DNA of 64,000 bases from Candidatus Gottesmanbacteria bacterium. Lineage in GTDB: Bacteria > Patescibacteriota > Microgenomatia > 2-02-FULL-39-11. The DNA lies in the NCBI GenBank assembly GCA_016195685.1, contig JACPZE010000010.1:16751-80750 (forward strand), in the 5' to 3' direction. How positions within the stretch are numbered: position 1 is the stretch's first letter; each line of letters opens with the position of its first letter. The notes beneath the pieces were generated by a model. That model had not been told where the DNA came from. It saw nothing but the letters and a program-made list of their open reading frames with translations, and did not search any database. Shown piece by piece: positions 18,097-27,546 of this stretch. Position numbers and translations under genes: made by a program.

Positions 18097-20343
18097 TTAT
18101 AATACCGGCCATGAAGAATGAATTAAAGGGCCGGCTTTATTTATGGCGAGTTGTTGTACAATTTCTTCGGTAATAAACGGCATAATAGGATGGAGAAGTT
18201 TTAAGCAGGTAACGTATATATAATGCATAATTGACAGAACAGTCTTATCATCTTTTTGTATTTTTTCTTTAGATACTTCGATGTATTTATCAGCAAATTG
18301 ATGCCAAATATATTCATAAAGTCGCTCTGATGCTTTTGCGAATTGATATTCTTCCATGTTTTTAGTGACAGATCTTGTAAGCATGCCGAGTTGGGTGAGT
18401 ATTCTTTTATCTTTAAGGGATAAATTTTTCCGATCACCAGTAGGACTAAATTCTGCAATCTGGAAACCTTTTTGAGCAAAAACCTCCATATTCAATTTGA
18501 TAAATCTACCGATATTCCAAAGTTTATTTGTGAAATTTCTCATCCCACGAATTTTATCTTCCGAAAGAGACAGATCATTTCCCGGAGCGGTTCCAAAGAT
18601 AAGTGCCATCCTAAGGGCATCAACGCTATACAAATCCACCATTTTCAAAGGATTTACTACATTTCCTTTGCTTTTACTCATTTTCACCCCTTTAGCATCG
18701 CGGACTAATCCATGCAGATAAACTGTCTTGAAAGGTACATCACCTGTGGTATAAATTCCCAACATTACCATTCGGCATACCCACCAGGGTAAAATATCGT
18801 ATCCCGTTTCCATAACAGATGTGGGGTAAAAATATTTAAAATCATCTTTGAAATGGCTTGCTTTGAGAGTAGCGAAAGGCCATTGCCCAGAAGAAAACCA
18901 AGTGTCAAAAGTATCAGTATCCTGTAGCAAGTCGGACCCATGACATTTTGGGCATTCTTGCGGGGATTCTCCTTTTGTCACAATCCATTCTTCACTATTT
19001 TCTTTACTGCAGCCCAGACATTTCCATGCCGGAATTCTTATACCCCATACAATTTGACGACTTATATTCCAATCATGAAAATTAGTTAACCATTGGATAG
19101 CAATTTTTTCAAACCTTTTCGGTACAAATGTAATTCGCTTTTTCTTTATTGCCAAGATTGCTTTTTGAGAAAGAGGCTTTATCTTGATATACCATTGAGA
19201 CATTGGTAAAGGTTCGAGTACTGTTGATGATTTATAACAAGTAGCAATGCGGTGTGTATAATTTTCATCTACTTTTACTAGTAATCCATCAGCTTTCAGA
19301 TCTTCTACCATTAGAGTTCTTGCTTCTATCACTTTTTTTCCGTGGTATTTTATTGCTCGATCCATATATTTTTGTTCTACATTTTTCTTCTTCATAAACC
19401 AGGAAAAATCCATGCGTCCTTTGAAATCTATGATTGGAGTAACTGGTAAATTATATTTTTTACCCAATTCAAAATCATGAGGATCGTGAGCTGGAGTCAC
19501 TTTCATAATGCCTGTACCGAATTTCGGATCTACTTCCTCATCGGCAATTATAGCCATCTTAACTGTTCCAAGCAGTCCTTGAATATCAAAAGTTTTTCCT
19601 AAGTAATCTTTATAACGTTTATCTTTTGGATTAACTGCTAAAGCGGTATCACGAAATTTAGTCTCTGGACGCACAGTAGCAATAGTAAAAGGTCCATATT
19701 TCATAAAATATAAGGGATCTTTTCTCTCGATATAGTTTACTTCCAAATCAGAAAAACCAGTGCCGCACTTCGTACAATAATTCACTAGTCGTAGCCCCCG
19801 ATAAACTAATCCATCGTCATAGAGTTTTTTAAAAGTTTGGTAAACTGTGGAAACTATTTTAGGATCCAATGTAAAAATATTCCGGGACCAATCTAGTGAG
19901 AATCCTAATGCCCGTAGCTGATGTTCCATGTTGCCGCGATTTTTCTGTACAAAATCCCAAATCATTTGGTAGAGAGTATCTCTGGGATAATCGAAACGAC
20001 TTTTTCCTTCTTTTAATAGATGTTTTTCAAAGACGTATTGAGTTTCAAATCCAGCATGATCAGCTCCGGGAAGCCAAAGTGTAGAATCTCCTTTCATCCG
20101 ATGGTATCGGATCATGACGTCTTCAATCACATACATGGCATGTCCCATATGCAAGTCTGCATTTGCATTGGGAGGAGGAAGTATTACGGTAAAAGCCTGC
20201 CTGCCGGCAGGCAGGGTTTTTTTGTTAGGATCGACTTTTGGTGCAAAATAACCCTCTTTTTCCCAAAGCGCATACCATTTTTTTTCTATATCCTGGTGTT
20301 TATAAACTTTGTCCATAAGATTTAGCCTATTATATCGGGTCAA
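18097..20343 (-). CDS. valS: Valine--tRNA ligase (short form, 748 aa)
   Basis: PPPNANADLHMGHA (HMGH) and KMSKSKGN motifs. Class I Val/Ile-type editing region. Confidence 0.88.
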   Translation of the reverse strand: MTRYNRLNLMDKVYKHQDIEKKWYALWEKEGYFAPKVDPNKKTLPAGRQAFTVILPPPNANADLHMGHAMYVIEDVMIRYHRMKGDSTLWLPGADHAGFETQYVFEKHLLKEGKSRFDYPRDTLYQMIWDFVQKNRGNMEHQLRALGFSLDWSRNIFTLDPKIVSTVYQTFKKLYDDGLVYRGLRLVNYCTKCGTGFSDLEVNYIERKDPLYFMKYGPFTIATVRPETKFRDTALAVNPKDKRYKDYLGKTFDIQGLLGTVKMAIIADEEVDPKFGTGIMKVTPAHDPHDFELGKKYNLPVTPIIDFKGRMDFSWFMKKKNVEQKYMDRAIKYHGKKVIEARTLMVEDLKADGLLVKVDENYTHRIATCYKSSTVLEPLPMSQWYIKIKPLSQKAILAIKKKRITFVPKRFEKIAIQWLTNFHDWNISRQIVWGIRIPAWKCLGCSKENSEEWIVTKGESPQECPKCHGSDLLQDTDTFDTWFSSGQWPFATLKASHFKDDFKYFYPTSVMETGYDILPWWVCRMVMLGIYTTGDVPFKTVYLHGLVRDAKGVKMSKSKGNVVNPLKMVDLYSVDALRMALIFGTAPGNDLSLSEDKIRGMRNFTNKLWNIGRFIKLNMEVFAQKGFQIAEFSPTGDRKNLSLKDKRILTQLGMLTRSVTKNMEEYQFAKASERLYEYIWHQFADKYIEVSKEKIQKDDKTVLSIMHYIYVTCLKLLHPIMPFITEEIVQQLAINKAGPLIHSSWPVL

Positions 20344-20346
20344 TCT

Positions 20347-21396
20347 CTACACTTCAACAGTAAGATCCGGCTGAGCATTTATTTGATTCCAAGGTACGGG
20401 AATATTATGAAAATATGCAAAGCTGCCGATATATGCAGCATTGTCAGTGCAAAGAAAAGGAGGAGGGATATGAAGATCAATTTTAAATTTTAAATTTTCA
20501 ATTTTAAATTTGAATTTTTCGGAGAGTTTTTTATTAGCAGCCACTCCACCACCTAAAAGAATAGAGTTTATTTTATATTTTATTGCTGCATCTAGTGTTT
20601 TTTTAATCAGAACATCAGTAATTGATTCCTGGATTTCGTAAGCTAATTGTGAAATTGTTTCATTGTTAAATTGTTTCATTATTTTCAGTCTGTTAATTTC
20701 TTTCATTACGGCAGTTTTTAATCCTGAAAATGAAAAATTTAGATCTTTTGAGCTTATCATTGGCCGTGGTAATTTGATAATTTGAAATTTGAAATTTGAA
20801 ATTTGAAATTTCGCAGCCGTGGCTGCGATAGCTGGACCTCCAGGATAGCCTAATCCTAAAACTCTTGCTGTTTTATCGAATGCTTCTCCTGCCGCATCGT
20901 CTAATGTACCCCCCAACCATTTTATTTTTTTGTGGCTATGCATAAGAAAAAGTTCTGTATGACCTCCTGAAACTACCAGTGCAATTGCAGGAAATGTTGG
21001 AAGTATCGGTGCATCAAGCCAGTTGGCATATATATGCGCAAAAATATGATTTACCGGAATCAGGGGCTTGCCGGTAACAAATGCAACTGTTTTTGCAGTC
21101 TCAACTCCGATTAGTAGAGAACCGTTAAGACCGGGACCAATAGTGACAGCAAGAGCATCAATGTTATTCATCGTTAATTGCTTGCCCTGGGTAGAGGCGA
21201 AGGGTTGCATTACCTCTCGGATCACAGGAATGATATATCGGATTTGTTCTCGGGCAGCCACTTCTGGGATGATCCCGCCGGTTTTATCATGGAGTTCTTT
21301 GGATGAAGCAACGACGTTTGACAAAACCTTTGTACCATCTTCAATAATTGCAGCAGCTGTTTCATCAGCGCTGGTTTCTATAGAGAGTATATTCAT
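20347..21396 (-). CDS. tsaD: tRNA N6-adenosine threonylcarbamoyltransferase
   Basis: MNILSIETSADET..., SGGHTEL, GYPGGP and CTDNAAYIG motifs. Confidence 0.93.
   Translation of the reverse strand: MNILSIETSADETAAAIIEDGTKVLSNVVASSKELHDKTGGIIPEVAAREQIRYIIPVIREVMQPFASTQGKQLTMNNIDALAVTIGPGLNGSLLIGVETAKTVAFVTGKPLIPVNHIFAHIYANWLDAPILPTFPAIALVVSGGHTELFLMHSHKKIKWLGGTLDDAAGEAFDKTARVLGLGYPGGPAIAATAAKFQISNFKFQIIKLPRPMISSKDLNFSFSGLKTAVMKEINRLKIMKQFNNETISQLAYEIQESITDVLIKKTLDAAIKYKINSILLGGGVAANKKLSEKFKFKIENLKFKIDLHIPPPFLCTDNAAYIGSFAYFHNIPVPWNQINAQPDLTVEV
20478..20518. repeat. Degenerate heptanucleotide tandem repeat (AATTTTA-like x5-6) inside the tsaD CDS
   Basis: Direct reading of caattttaaattttaaattttcaattttaaatttgaattttt. 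Encodes KFKIENL/KFKIDLH. Confidence 0.8.
20771..20811. repeat. Heptanucleotide tandem repeat (AATTTGA x5) inside the tsaD CDS
   Basis: aatttgataatttgaaatttgaaatttgaaatttgaaattt. Encodes KFQISNFKFQI. Confidence 0.85.
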
Positions 21397-21875
21397 TATT
21401 CTATTCCCAGTAATTTTGCCAATTGGGAAGAAGAAAAAGTTTTTGTAAAAGGTATAATTTTTAGTTTACCTCCAACCATTTTTACCTGGTTTTTTTTCTT
21501 TGTCAAAATTGGATCATTTTCTGTGACAGCAATAAAATCAGGTTTGATTTGAGATACTAACTTGTCATAATCACCATCTTTTGTAACCGGAGGCATCATA
21601 AGTACAAAGTCGACGTATTTAATGCTCGAGAGAACTTCTGCTCTTTCTTCTTGAGGAAAATAAGGTCGATTTTGCCCTTTAATCTTTTTGACTGTTTCAT
21701 CACTTTCAAGTAGTAGGAAAAGGCAGCCGCCTTTTTTTTTTGCTTCCTTTAGAAATTTGATATGACCAACATGTACAATATCAAAACATCCACCGACCAG
21801 TACTATTTTTTTGTCGGATTCTCTTACTTTTGTAATTTCTTGCTGTAATGATTCCAAAGTGATAATTTTACCCAT
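21396..21875 (-). CDS. Cytidylyltransferase-like nucleotidyltransferase (TagD / RfaE domain II family)
   Basis: GCFDIVHVGHIKFL is an (H/T)xGH nucleotidyltransferase motif. Confidence 0.7.
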   Translation of the reverse strand: MGKIITLESLQQEITKVRESDKKIVLVGGCFDIVHVGHIKFLKEAKKKGGCLFLLLESDETVKKIKGQNRPYFPQEERAEVLSSIKYVDFVLMMPPVTKDGDYDKLVSQIKPDFIAVTENDPILTKKKNQVKMVGGKLKIIPFTKTFSSSQLAKLLGIE

Positions 21876-21922
21876 ATATTCAGATGATTATATTACATTA
21901 GACGGATAGTAACAGCAAAGGA

Positions 21923-23347
21923 TTAAACTTTTGTTCCCCGTAAATATACTGCTTGCCAGGGTTGGAAATTAGAAAAGAAGGTATCTTTAGTTGTGATAAC
22001 GCCGTTTTTCTCGACCTTATAATCAAAGGTAGTTTTTGCTCCCCAAGCGCTCCAGTCTACTTGTTTTACGACACCCACAGGTAAAGTTGGATCATCCTGG
22101 TAAAGGTCAGATGGGGGCGGAGATTGGGATAAAATAACAGGTTTGGTCATAGTGACTTTTCTGTCATCGCGAGTTCCATATAAATCAAAAACTAAAGAGA
22201 GACTATTTAAATCAGTTTTGGCTTGAATGAGGATATAATTTGATGTGTCATTTTTAAATTTCAAATCATAAGATGGAGCAAATACTGTAGCATCAATCCC
22301 CACAGGGGATTCTTCCTCATAATAATGTACGCGGTATGCATGTGCGTGTCTTTCAACTATTGGAAGCCCGGTATTTAAAACGGCTCTAAAGAGAGTCGTA
22401 GACACCTGACAAACTCCTCCACCATCACCAAGAACAGTTCTACCCTCTTTAATTATATAAGCCGGTTGAAAACCAGTAGCAGCAGAGATATCTCCTAATG
22501 TATCGTTAAATGAAAAACTTTCCCCCGGCGGTATTAGATGTCCATTGATTCGCGAAGCAGCCAAATCTACATTGTGAATTCTACCAGGTATGGATCCATG
22601 AAATTTTGAAGATCCGCTGCCGATAAGTTCTTTTATACCGAAGGTATTTGAATCTTCAGTTTTTATTTTGGGTGTAATTTCGGTAATAGGCAAGTTAATT
22701 GTGAATTCTTTCGGGCCAGAACTGTCATTGGCAGTTAGTGAATTTATATAAGAATAGGCGACTTGTTTTGCAGCAGTTTTGTCCACAGCTCTTCCTGATT
22801 TGGAGAGTCTGAAGAGAGTTACTTTTCCTTTTTCAAATTGGAAGAGTGCATCTTGTTCAGGATCATCAATGCTCTGGGATAAATTCTTTATGGTTTCATC
22901 CAAAAGGTCATTATCCATTTTCAGTACACTCGGCAAATTAATTCCGGTAGTTGCCGCTCGCCATTTTTGATATGTGTCAGAAATGAAATGCCCAGACCTA
23001 CCGATAGAATAAGCTTGGGCCGCAGACAATTTTCCGTCATATGAAATCTCCAGATCTTGTCCGGATACAGTAGCAATTTTATCTTCGAAATTAAAAATCA
23101 ATTTTAGTCCAGAAAAGATAAGACTTTTGTTGGCGAAATATTTTTCGATATATTCCTGATTCTTACCCCCAAACGAAACACCGTCGACTCTTATTCCAGG
23201 ATATATTTTATCGCTGTAGTTCTTTTCATGTTGATATATGAGAATAATAATTAAGAGTAAAGAAGCCGTGAATATCCCAACGAAAAAATAAATTATAGAG
23301 AAAAAATTAATTTTCTTTGCGAGTGGAGATTTTTTTTCCTTGACCAT
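21923..23347 (-). CDS. VanW family protein
   Basis: N-terminal TM. PGESFSFNDTLG...GGGVCQVSTTLF VanW-domain motifs. Confidence 0.75.
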   Translation of the reverse strand: MVKEKKSPLAKKINFFSIIYFFVGIFTASLLLIIILIYQHEKNYSDKIYPGIRVDGVSFGGKNQEYIEKYFANKSLIFSGLKLIFNFEDKIATVSGQDLEISYDGKLSAAQAYSIGRSGHFISDTYQKWRAATTGINLPSVLKMDNDLLDETIKNLSQSIDDPEQDALFQFEKGKVTLFRLSKSGRAVDKTAAKQVAYSYINSLTANDSSGPKEFTINLPITEITPKIKTEDSNTFGIKELIGSGSSKFHGSIPGRIHNVDLAASRINGHLIPPGESFSFNDTLGDISAATGFQPAYIIKEGRTVLGDGGGVCQVSTTLFRAVLNTGLPIVERHAHAYRVHYYEEESPVGIDATVFAPSYDLKFKNDTSNYILIQAKTDLNSLSLVFDLYGTRDDRKVTMTKPVILSQSPPPSDLYQDDPTLPVGVVKQVDWSAWGAKTTFDYKVEKNGVITTKDTFFSNFQPWQAVYLRGTKV

Positions 23348-23377
23348 GGGTATATCTTGGGTTTACTATAACATAAG

Positions 23378-25015
23378 ATGGATAATATACCAAAGGAAAA
23401 AAATCAAGATCAAAGTCAATCAACAGGAGACATATTTTCTAACAATCCTTCTGAATCAGCTTATCAAGAGGCTACTGCTACTCCTGAGACAGAAAGTAAT
23501 GTGTCTGCACAGGTATATCAAGAAAATCAAACTCAAGTGCCACAAGAGGTACCAATCGGCGAAAACCAGTCTGATGGAGGTAGTGCTCCTCCACCTCCAT
23601 ATACTGAAGATAATAAGAAAAAGAAGCTTATTTTTTTCGCAATTGCTGGAGTAATAATTTTGATAATCTTTCTGGTTTTCAGTTTACTAGTTAAAAGTAA
23701 ACCTCAAACTCCTCAAACAATAACCTTGGATTATTGGGGATTGTGGGAAGATAAAAATATATTGCAATCAATAATTGACGAATATAAAAAGAACCACAGC
23801 AATATCAATATAAATTATATTAAGCAAGACCCTAAGCTTTATCGAGAGAGACTAGCTAAAGCAATAGACAAAGGCGAAGGACCAGATTTATTTCGCTTTC
23901 ATAATACTTGGGTTCCGATGATGAAAAGCTATTTATCTATTATGCCCAGTAATATTTATTCAGCTGATGATTTTAAAAAAATCTTTTTCCCTGTTGCAAC
24001 TGATGATCTGAAACAAAATGGGAATATTTATGGAATTCCATTGATGATCGATGGGCTTTTACTTTTTTATAATGAAGATATTTTGAAAGCAAACAATATA
24101 GCAGTTCCCAAAACTTGGGATGAAATACAGAAAATCGTGGTTCCAGGAAAATTGACTGTAGTTGAGAATGGAAAGATTGTGACTGCAGGTATAGCTTTGG
24201 GTACTGCAGAGAACATAGAGCATTTTAGTGATATTCTGGGGTTGATGTTTCTGCAAAATGGGACTAAATTGGAAAAATCATTATTTAGTTGTGCTACTTC
24301 TTCGACCGCTAATATTCTTGATTCTACTAATAGTACTAGTAATTCTTCTAGTACTACTTGTGGTACCGAGACACTTGCCTATTATCACAAATTTGCCGAA
24401 TTACCCAATAATAGTTGGGATGAGACCCTGGAAAACTCTATAGTTGCTTTTGCTGGGGGGAAAGTGGCGATTATTCTTGCGCCAAGTTGGGAAGCCTTTA
24501 CAATCAAAGAACTTTCGAAAAATTCAAACTTGAATTTCAAAACAGCCAAAGTGCCACAATTACCTTGTGATAAACAACCATGTGTTACAGTAAACTGGGC
24601 TACATATTGGGTGGAGGGAGTATCAAATAAAAGCAAATACCAAAAGGAATCATGGGAATTTTTAAAATATTTATCAGATGCAAATACCATGAGAAAACTT
24701 TATGAAAAGCAATCCGCAGCAAGAAGTCTTTTCGGGGAACCTTATTCAAGGGTAGATTTAGCCAAATCTTTATCCGATCATCCATATCTAGGACCTCTTA
24801 TAGCAGAAGCTCCAACAATGAAATCTTTCTTTTTGGCATCCCGTACTAATGACGGTGATAATGGGTTAGATACCAAATTGATCGATTATTTAAAAAACGC
24901 AGTCAACTCTCTTTCAAAAGGAGTCAGTAGTGAAACTGCATTAAAGACCGCGGACGAAGGATTTAAACAAATTTATACCCGTTGGGAACTATCTGCTGCT
25001 GCTGCCACTCAATAA
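23378..25015 (+). CDS. Extracellular solute-binding protein (family 1, MalE-like) with low-complexity N-terminus and TM anchor
   Basis: SBP_bac_1-like layout (YWGLWED..., IYGIPLMIDGLLLFYNEDIL). No adjacent permease or ATPase genes. Confidence 0.7.
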   Translation: MDNIPKEKNQDQSQSTGDIFSNNPSESAYQEATATPETESNVSAQVYQENQTQVPQEVPIGENQSDGGSAPPPPYTEDNKKKKLIFFAIAGVIILIIFLVFSLLVKSKPQTPQTITLDYWGLWEDKNILQSIIDEYKKNHSNININYIKQDPKLYRERLAKAIDKGEGPDLFRFHNTWVPMMKSYLSIMPSNIYSADDFKKIFFPVATDDLKQNGNIYGIPLMIDGLLLFYNEDILKANNIAVPKTWDEIQKIVVPGKLTVVENGKIVTAGIALGTAENIEHFSDILGLMFLQNGTKLEKSLFSCATSSTANILDSTNSTSNSSSTTCGTETLAYYHKFAELPNNSWDETLENSIVAFAGGKVAIILAPSWEAFTIKELSKNSNLNFKTAKVPQLPCDKQPCVTVNWATYWVEGVSNKSKYQKESWEFLKYLSDANTMRKLYEKQSAARSLFGEPYSRVDLAKSLSDHPYLGPLIAEAPTMKSFFLASRTNDGDNGLDTKLIDYLKNAVNSLSKGVSSETALKTADEGFKQIYTRWELSAAAATQ

Positions 25016-25019
25016 TTTT

Positions 25020-25880
25020 ATGCCTTTATCACTTCGAAAGGCGATACTATCAACCGTAAGTTATGCCGATATTTTTGACTATCCTTTAACTGCAGAAGAA
25101 ATATGGCGATGGATAATCAAATATAAGAATATAACAATGCAACAATGCAACAAAGAAATAAAAAAAAATAATCTCATTCAATTCCAAAGCGGATATTTTT
25201 TTTTAAAACACAGAAAGGAGATAATTGATTTGCGAAAGGCAAGAGAAAAATATTCACTGGAAAAATTAAAAACTGCCCAGGAAATTGCCAATCTGCTTAA
25301 ATTTATTCCCTCTGTGAAATTGGTAGGAATCACCGGAGCACTTGCTATGAATAATGCGAAGGAAGAAGATGATATCGATTTATTTATCATCACGTCCGGA
25401 AGATTGCTATGGACGACAAGATGTCTATCCACTTTACTTGTTGAAATTACAGGAAGACGTCGTCATCCAGGAGAAAGTAATATAAACAATAAAATTTGTT
25501 TAAATATGTTTGTAGATGAAGAGTATTTGGAAGTATTCAAAAAAGAACAAGATCTTTTTTCCGCTCACGAAGTTATTCAGATGAAACCTTTATTTGAACG
25601 AGATAATACCTACAAAAAATTCTTGAGAAGAAACTCATGGGTAAGAAAATATTTGTCGAATGCAACAGAAAGTATTAAGTATAAAGTATTAAGTAATAAG
25701 TCTGAGAATAAAACACCGAATTTATTAGAAAATATATTAAGACAATTTCAACTTTGGTATATGAGAAATCGTAAAACGACAGAGGTGATAAAAGAAGGAG
25801 TCATCCGTTTCCATCCACATGATGCAAGAGTATGGGTGATGCAGAAATATAGAGAGCGCTTTAAAAAATTTAAATTATAA
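25020..25880 (+). CDS. Nucleotidyltransferase-fold protein (hypothetical)
   Basis: Minimal NTase motif LVGITGALAMNNAKEEDDIDLFIIT (G[ST]-x9-13-DxD). Confidence 0.45.
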   Translation: MPLSLRKAILSTVSYADIFDYPLTAEEIWRWIIKYKNITMQQCNKEIKKNNLIQFQSGYFFLKHRKEIIDLRKAREKYSLEKLKTAQEIANLLKFIPSVKLVGITGALAMNNAKEEDDIDLFIITSGRLLWTTRCLSTLLVEITGRRRHPGESNINNKICLNMFVDEEYLEVFKKEQDLFSAHEVIQMKPLFERDNTYKKFLRRNSWVRKYLSNATESIKYKVLSNKSENKTPNLLENILRQFQLWYMRNRKTTEVIKEGVIRFHPHDARVWVMQKYRERFKKFKL

Positions 25881-25884
25881 AAAT

Positions 25885-26439
25885 TTATTTTCGGCTGTAT
25901 AATCCAACTAATTCCGCTTCATTAATGATGTGGCTAGTTATGGTATTTTCTATATCGCTCTTTGTAGGAGCTTTTACGAAAACAGGGAGAGGAATATCTA
26001 AAGCATATAATTTGAAATAATAATGGTGAGTGCCGGATGGAGGACAAGGACCGCCGTAACCGGGCTTTCCGAAGCTAGTTTTCCCCTCAACTGCTCCAGC
26101 CGGTACAGTTTTTTCTCCGATTTCTTTTGTGTCAGGGGCAATATTCCAAACAGTCCAATGAATCCAAGTGCCCATGGGAGAATCCGGATCATCCATTATT
26201 AAAGCCAAACTTTTAGCATTTGCCGGAATATCAGAAATACTAAGCGGCGGATTTATATTTGCTCCGTCACAGGTATATTTAGATGGAATCATTTGATTAT
26301 TTGTAAATGTAGAACTAGTAAGTTTCATTTTGCCTGTTTGTAAAGATTCTTGCTGTTTATTTTTATTCAAAAATAATATCCCTCCGCCGGCTAGTAATAG
26401 AGAAATGAAAATTATGAACAAATTTCTTAAATTCATCAC
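25885..26439 (-). CDS. YbhB/YbcL (PEBP/Raf-kinase-inhibitor-like) family protein, secreted
   Basis: HWTVWNI and YGGPCPPSGTHHYYFKLYALD motifs. Confidence 0.85.
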   Translation of the reverse strand: MMNLRNLFIIFISLLLAGGGILFLNKNKQQESLQTGKMKLTSSTFTNNQMIPSKYTCDGANINPPLSISDIPANAKSLALIMDDPDSPMGTWIHWTVWNIAPDTKEIGEKTVPAGAVEGKTSFGKPGYGGPCPPSGTHHYYFKLYALDIPLPVFVKAPTKSDIENTITSHIINEAELVGLYSRK

Positions 26440-26506
26440 ATATTTATTATATACCTGAGTTCAAAAATTGTTTATTTAGTCTAAATATCATATGATTGAT
26501 TTTTAA

Positions 26507-27403
26507 ATGGCGAATTCTACCAAAGGTATAATAGCAGTCCTTATAGCTGTTGTTATCTGGGCGAGTACTTATTCTATTTCCAAAATTGGCCTTGAAACTA
26601 TCCCCCCAATCACATTAGTACTAGCAAGGAGTATCATTGCGTGCATTTTTCTTTATATACTTATTATTAAGAATCGAGAAACTAATAACTTAGTCAAATT
26701 ATTTAAAAATTATTATAAGGAAACTTTTATTTTGGGATTAACTGGAATTTTTTTGCAAAATGGTTTATCGACTTTGGGGCTTAAGTTAGGTGCTACATCA
26801 GGTTTAGCGGCAGTGATAGTCAACTCAGCACCTTTATTTATATTAGTTCTTGCGGTATTTTATTTAGCGGAAAAATTGACTCTAAATAAAATTCTAGGGA
26901 TGTTTTTAGGTTTTATCGGGATGTTACTTATTGTTTTACCCCAAGAAGGTATCGGAGAAATATTTGCATCAAAAGTATTTTTAGGTAATTTAGTTATACT
27001 TGGTGCAGCAATTGGATGGGCAATTTATTCCGTCGCCAATAAAAAAATCTCAAAAAAGTTTAGTCCGCTTGTTTTAACATTAGGAGCATATGTGATGGCT
27101 ACTTTATTATTGATACCAACTGCTTTTATATTTGAGACTCCCAAAGTTGTATTTTCTTTAGGAATATTATCTTGGTTAATTATTTTCTATTTAGGCATTT
27201 TTGCTTCTGGAGTGGCTTTTTTATTTTGGAATTATTCAATTATTCACCTAGAAGTTTCAAAAGCGGCAGTTTATCTTTATCTTATTCCGGTACTGGCAAT
27301 TTTTACCGGTATATTTTTTCTTCACGAAACATTTACATTAATAAATTTACTGGGTACGATTTTTGTTTTAGGCGGAATTATCCTTACAGAAAGGAAGAAA
27401 TAA
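26507..27403 (+). CDS. EamA/DMT family transporter
   Basis: Ten predicted TM segments and duplicated EamA domains. Confidence 0.8.
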   Translation: MANSTKGIIAVLIAVVIWASTYSISKIGLETIPPITLVLARSIIACIFLYILIIKNRETNNLVKLFKNYYKETFILGLTGIFLQNGLSTLGLKLGATSGLAAVIVNSAPLFILVLAVFYLAEKLTLNKILGMFLGFIGMLLIVLPQEGIGEIFASKVFLGNLVILGAAIGWAIYSVANKKISKKFSPLVLTLGAYVMATLLLIPTAFIFETPKVVFSLGILSWLIIFYLGIFASGVAFLFWNYSIIHLEVSKAAVYLYLIPVLAIFTGIFFLHETFTLINLLGTIFVLGGIILTERKK

Positions 27404-27412
27404 ACTCCCCCC

Positions 27413-27441
27413 TTGACAAGTTTTTTTTCACTGGTTAAAAT
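27413..27441 (+). promoter_or_regulatory. groESL promoter (TTGACA-N17-TAAAAT)
   Basis: Consensus -35 with exact 17-bp spacer to an AT-rich -10. Located 106 bp upstream of groES. Confidence 0.6.
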
Positions 27442-27466
27442 AGCAGTCAACAAAGATTAGTGCCAA
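27440..27466 (+). promoter_or_regulatory. CIRCE-like HrcA operator (aTAGCAGTC-N9-TAGTGCcAA)
   Basis: 9-bp half-sites with a 9-bp spacer, abutting the -10. Same variant half-sites as the element upstream of hrcA. Confidence 0.6.
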
Positions 27467-27546
27467 TTGAATAGAACTTTGCCCATCGAAACTTTCTATT
27501 TAGCTTTTTCGGGATTATTCATTAATTATTTTTAAAGGAGGTTCAT

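Noticed and set aside
20478-20811. AT-rich tandem repeats in tsaD as insertions, introns or mobile micro-elements
   Set aside because: The encoded segment lengths match canonical TsaD between conserved GYPGGP, PRPM and CTDNA landmarks, so nothing is inserted. Reported only as in-frame nucleotide repeats.
25020-25880. Nucleotidyltransferase-fold protein as a CBASS CD-NTase
   Set aside because: No adjacent effector (phospholipase, TM, nuclease) or Cap genes. The motif is the generic minimal-NTase signature, so there is no support for a cyclic-oligonucleotide defence system.
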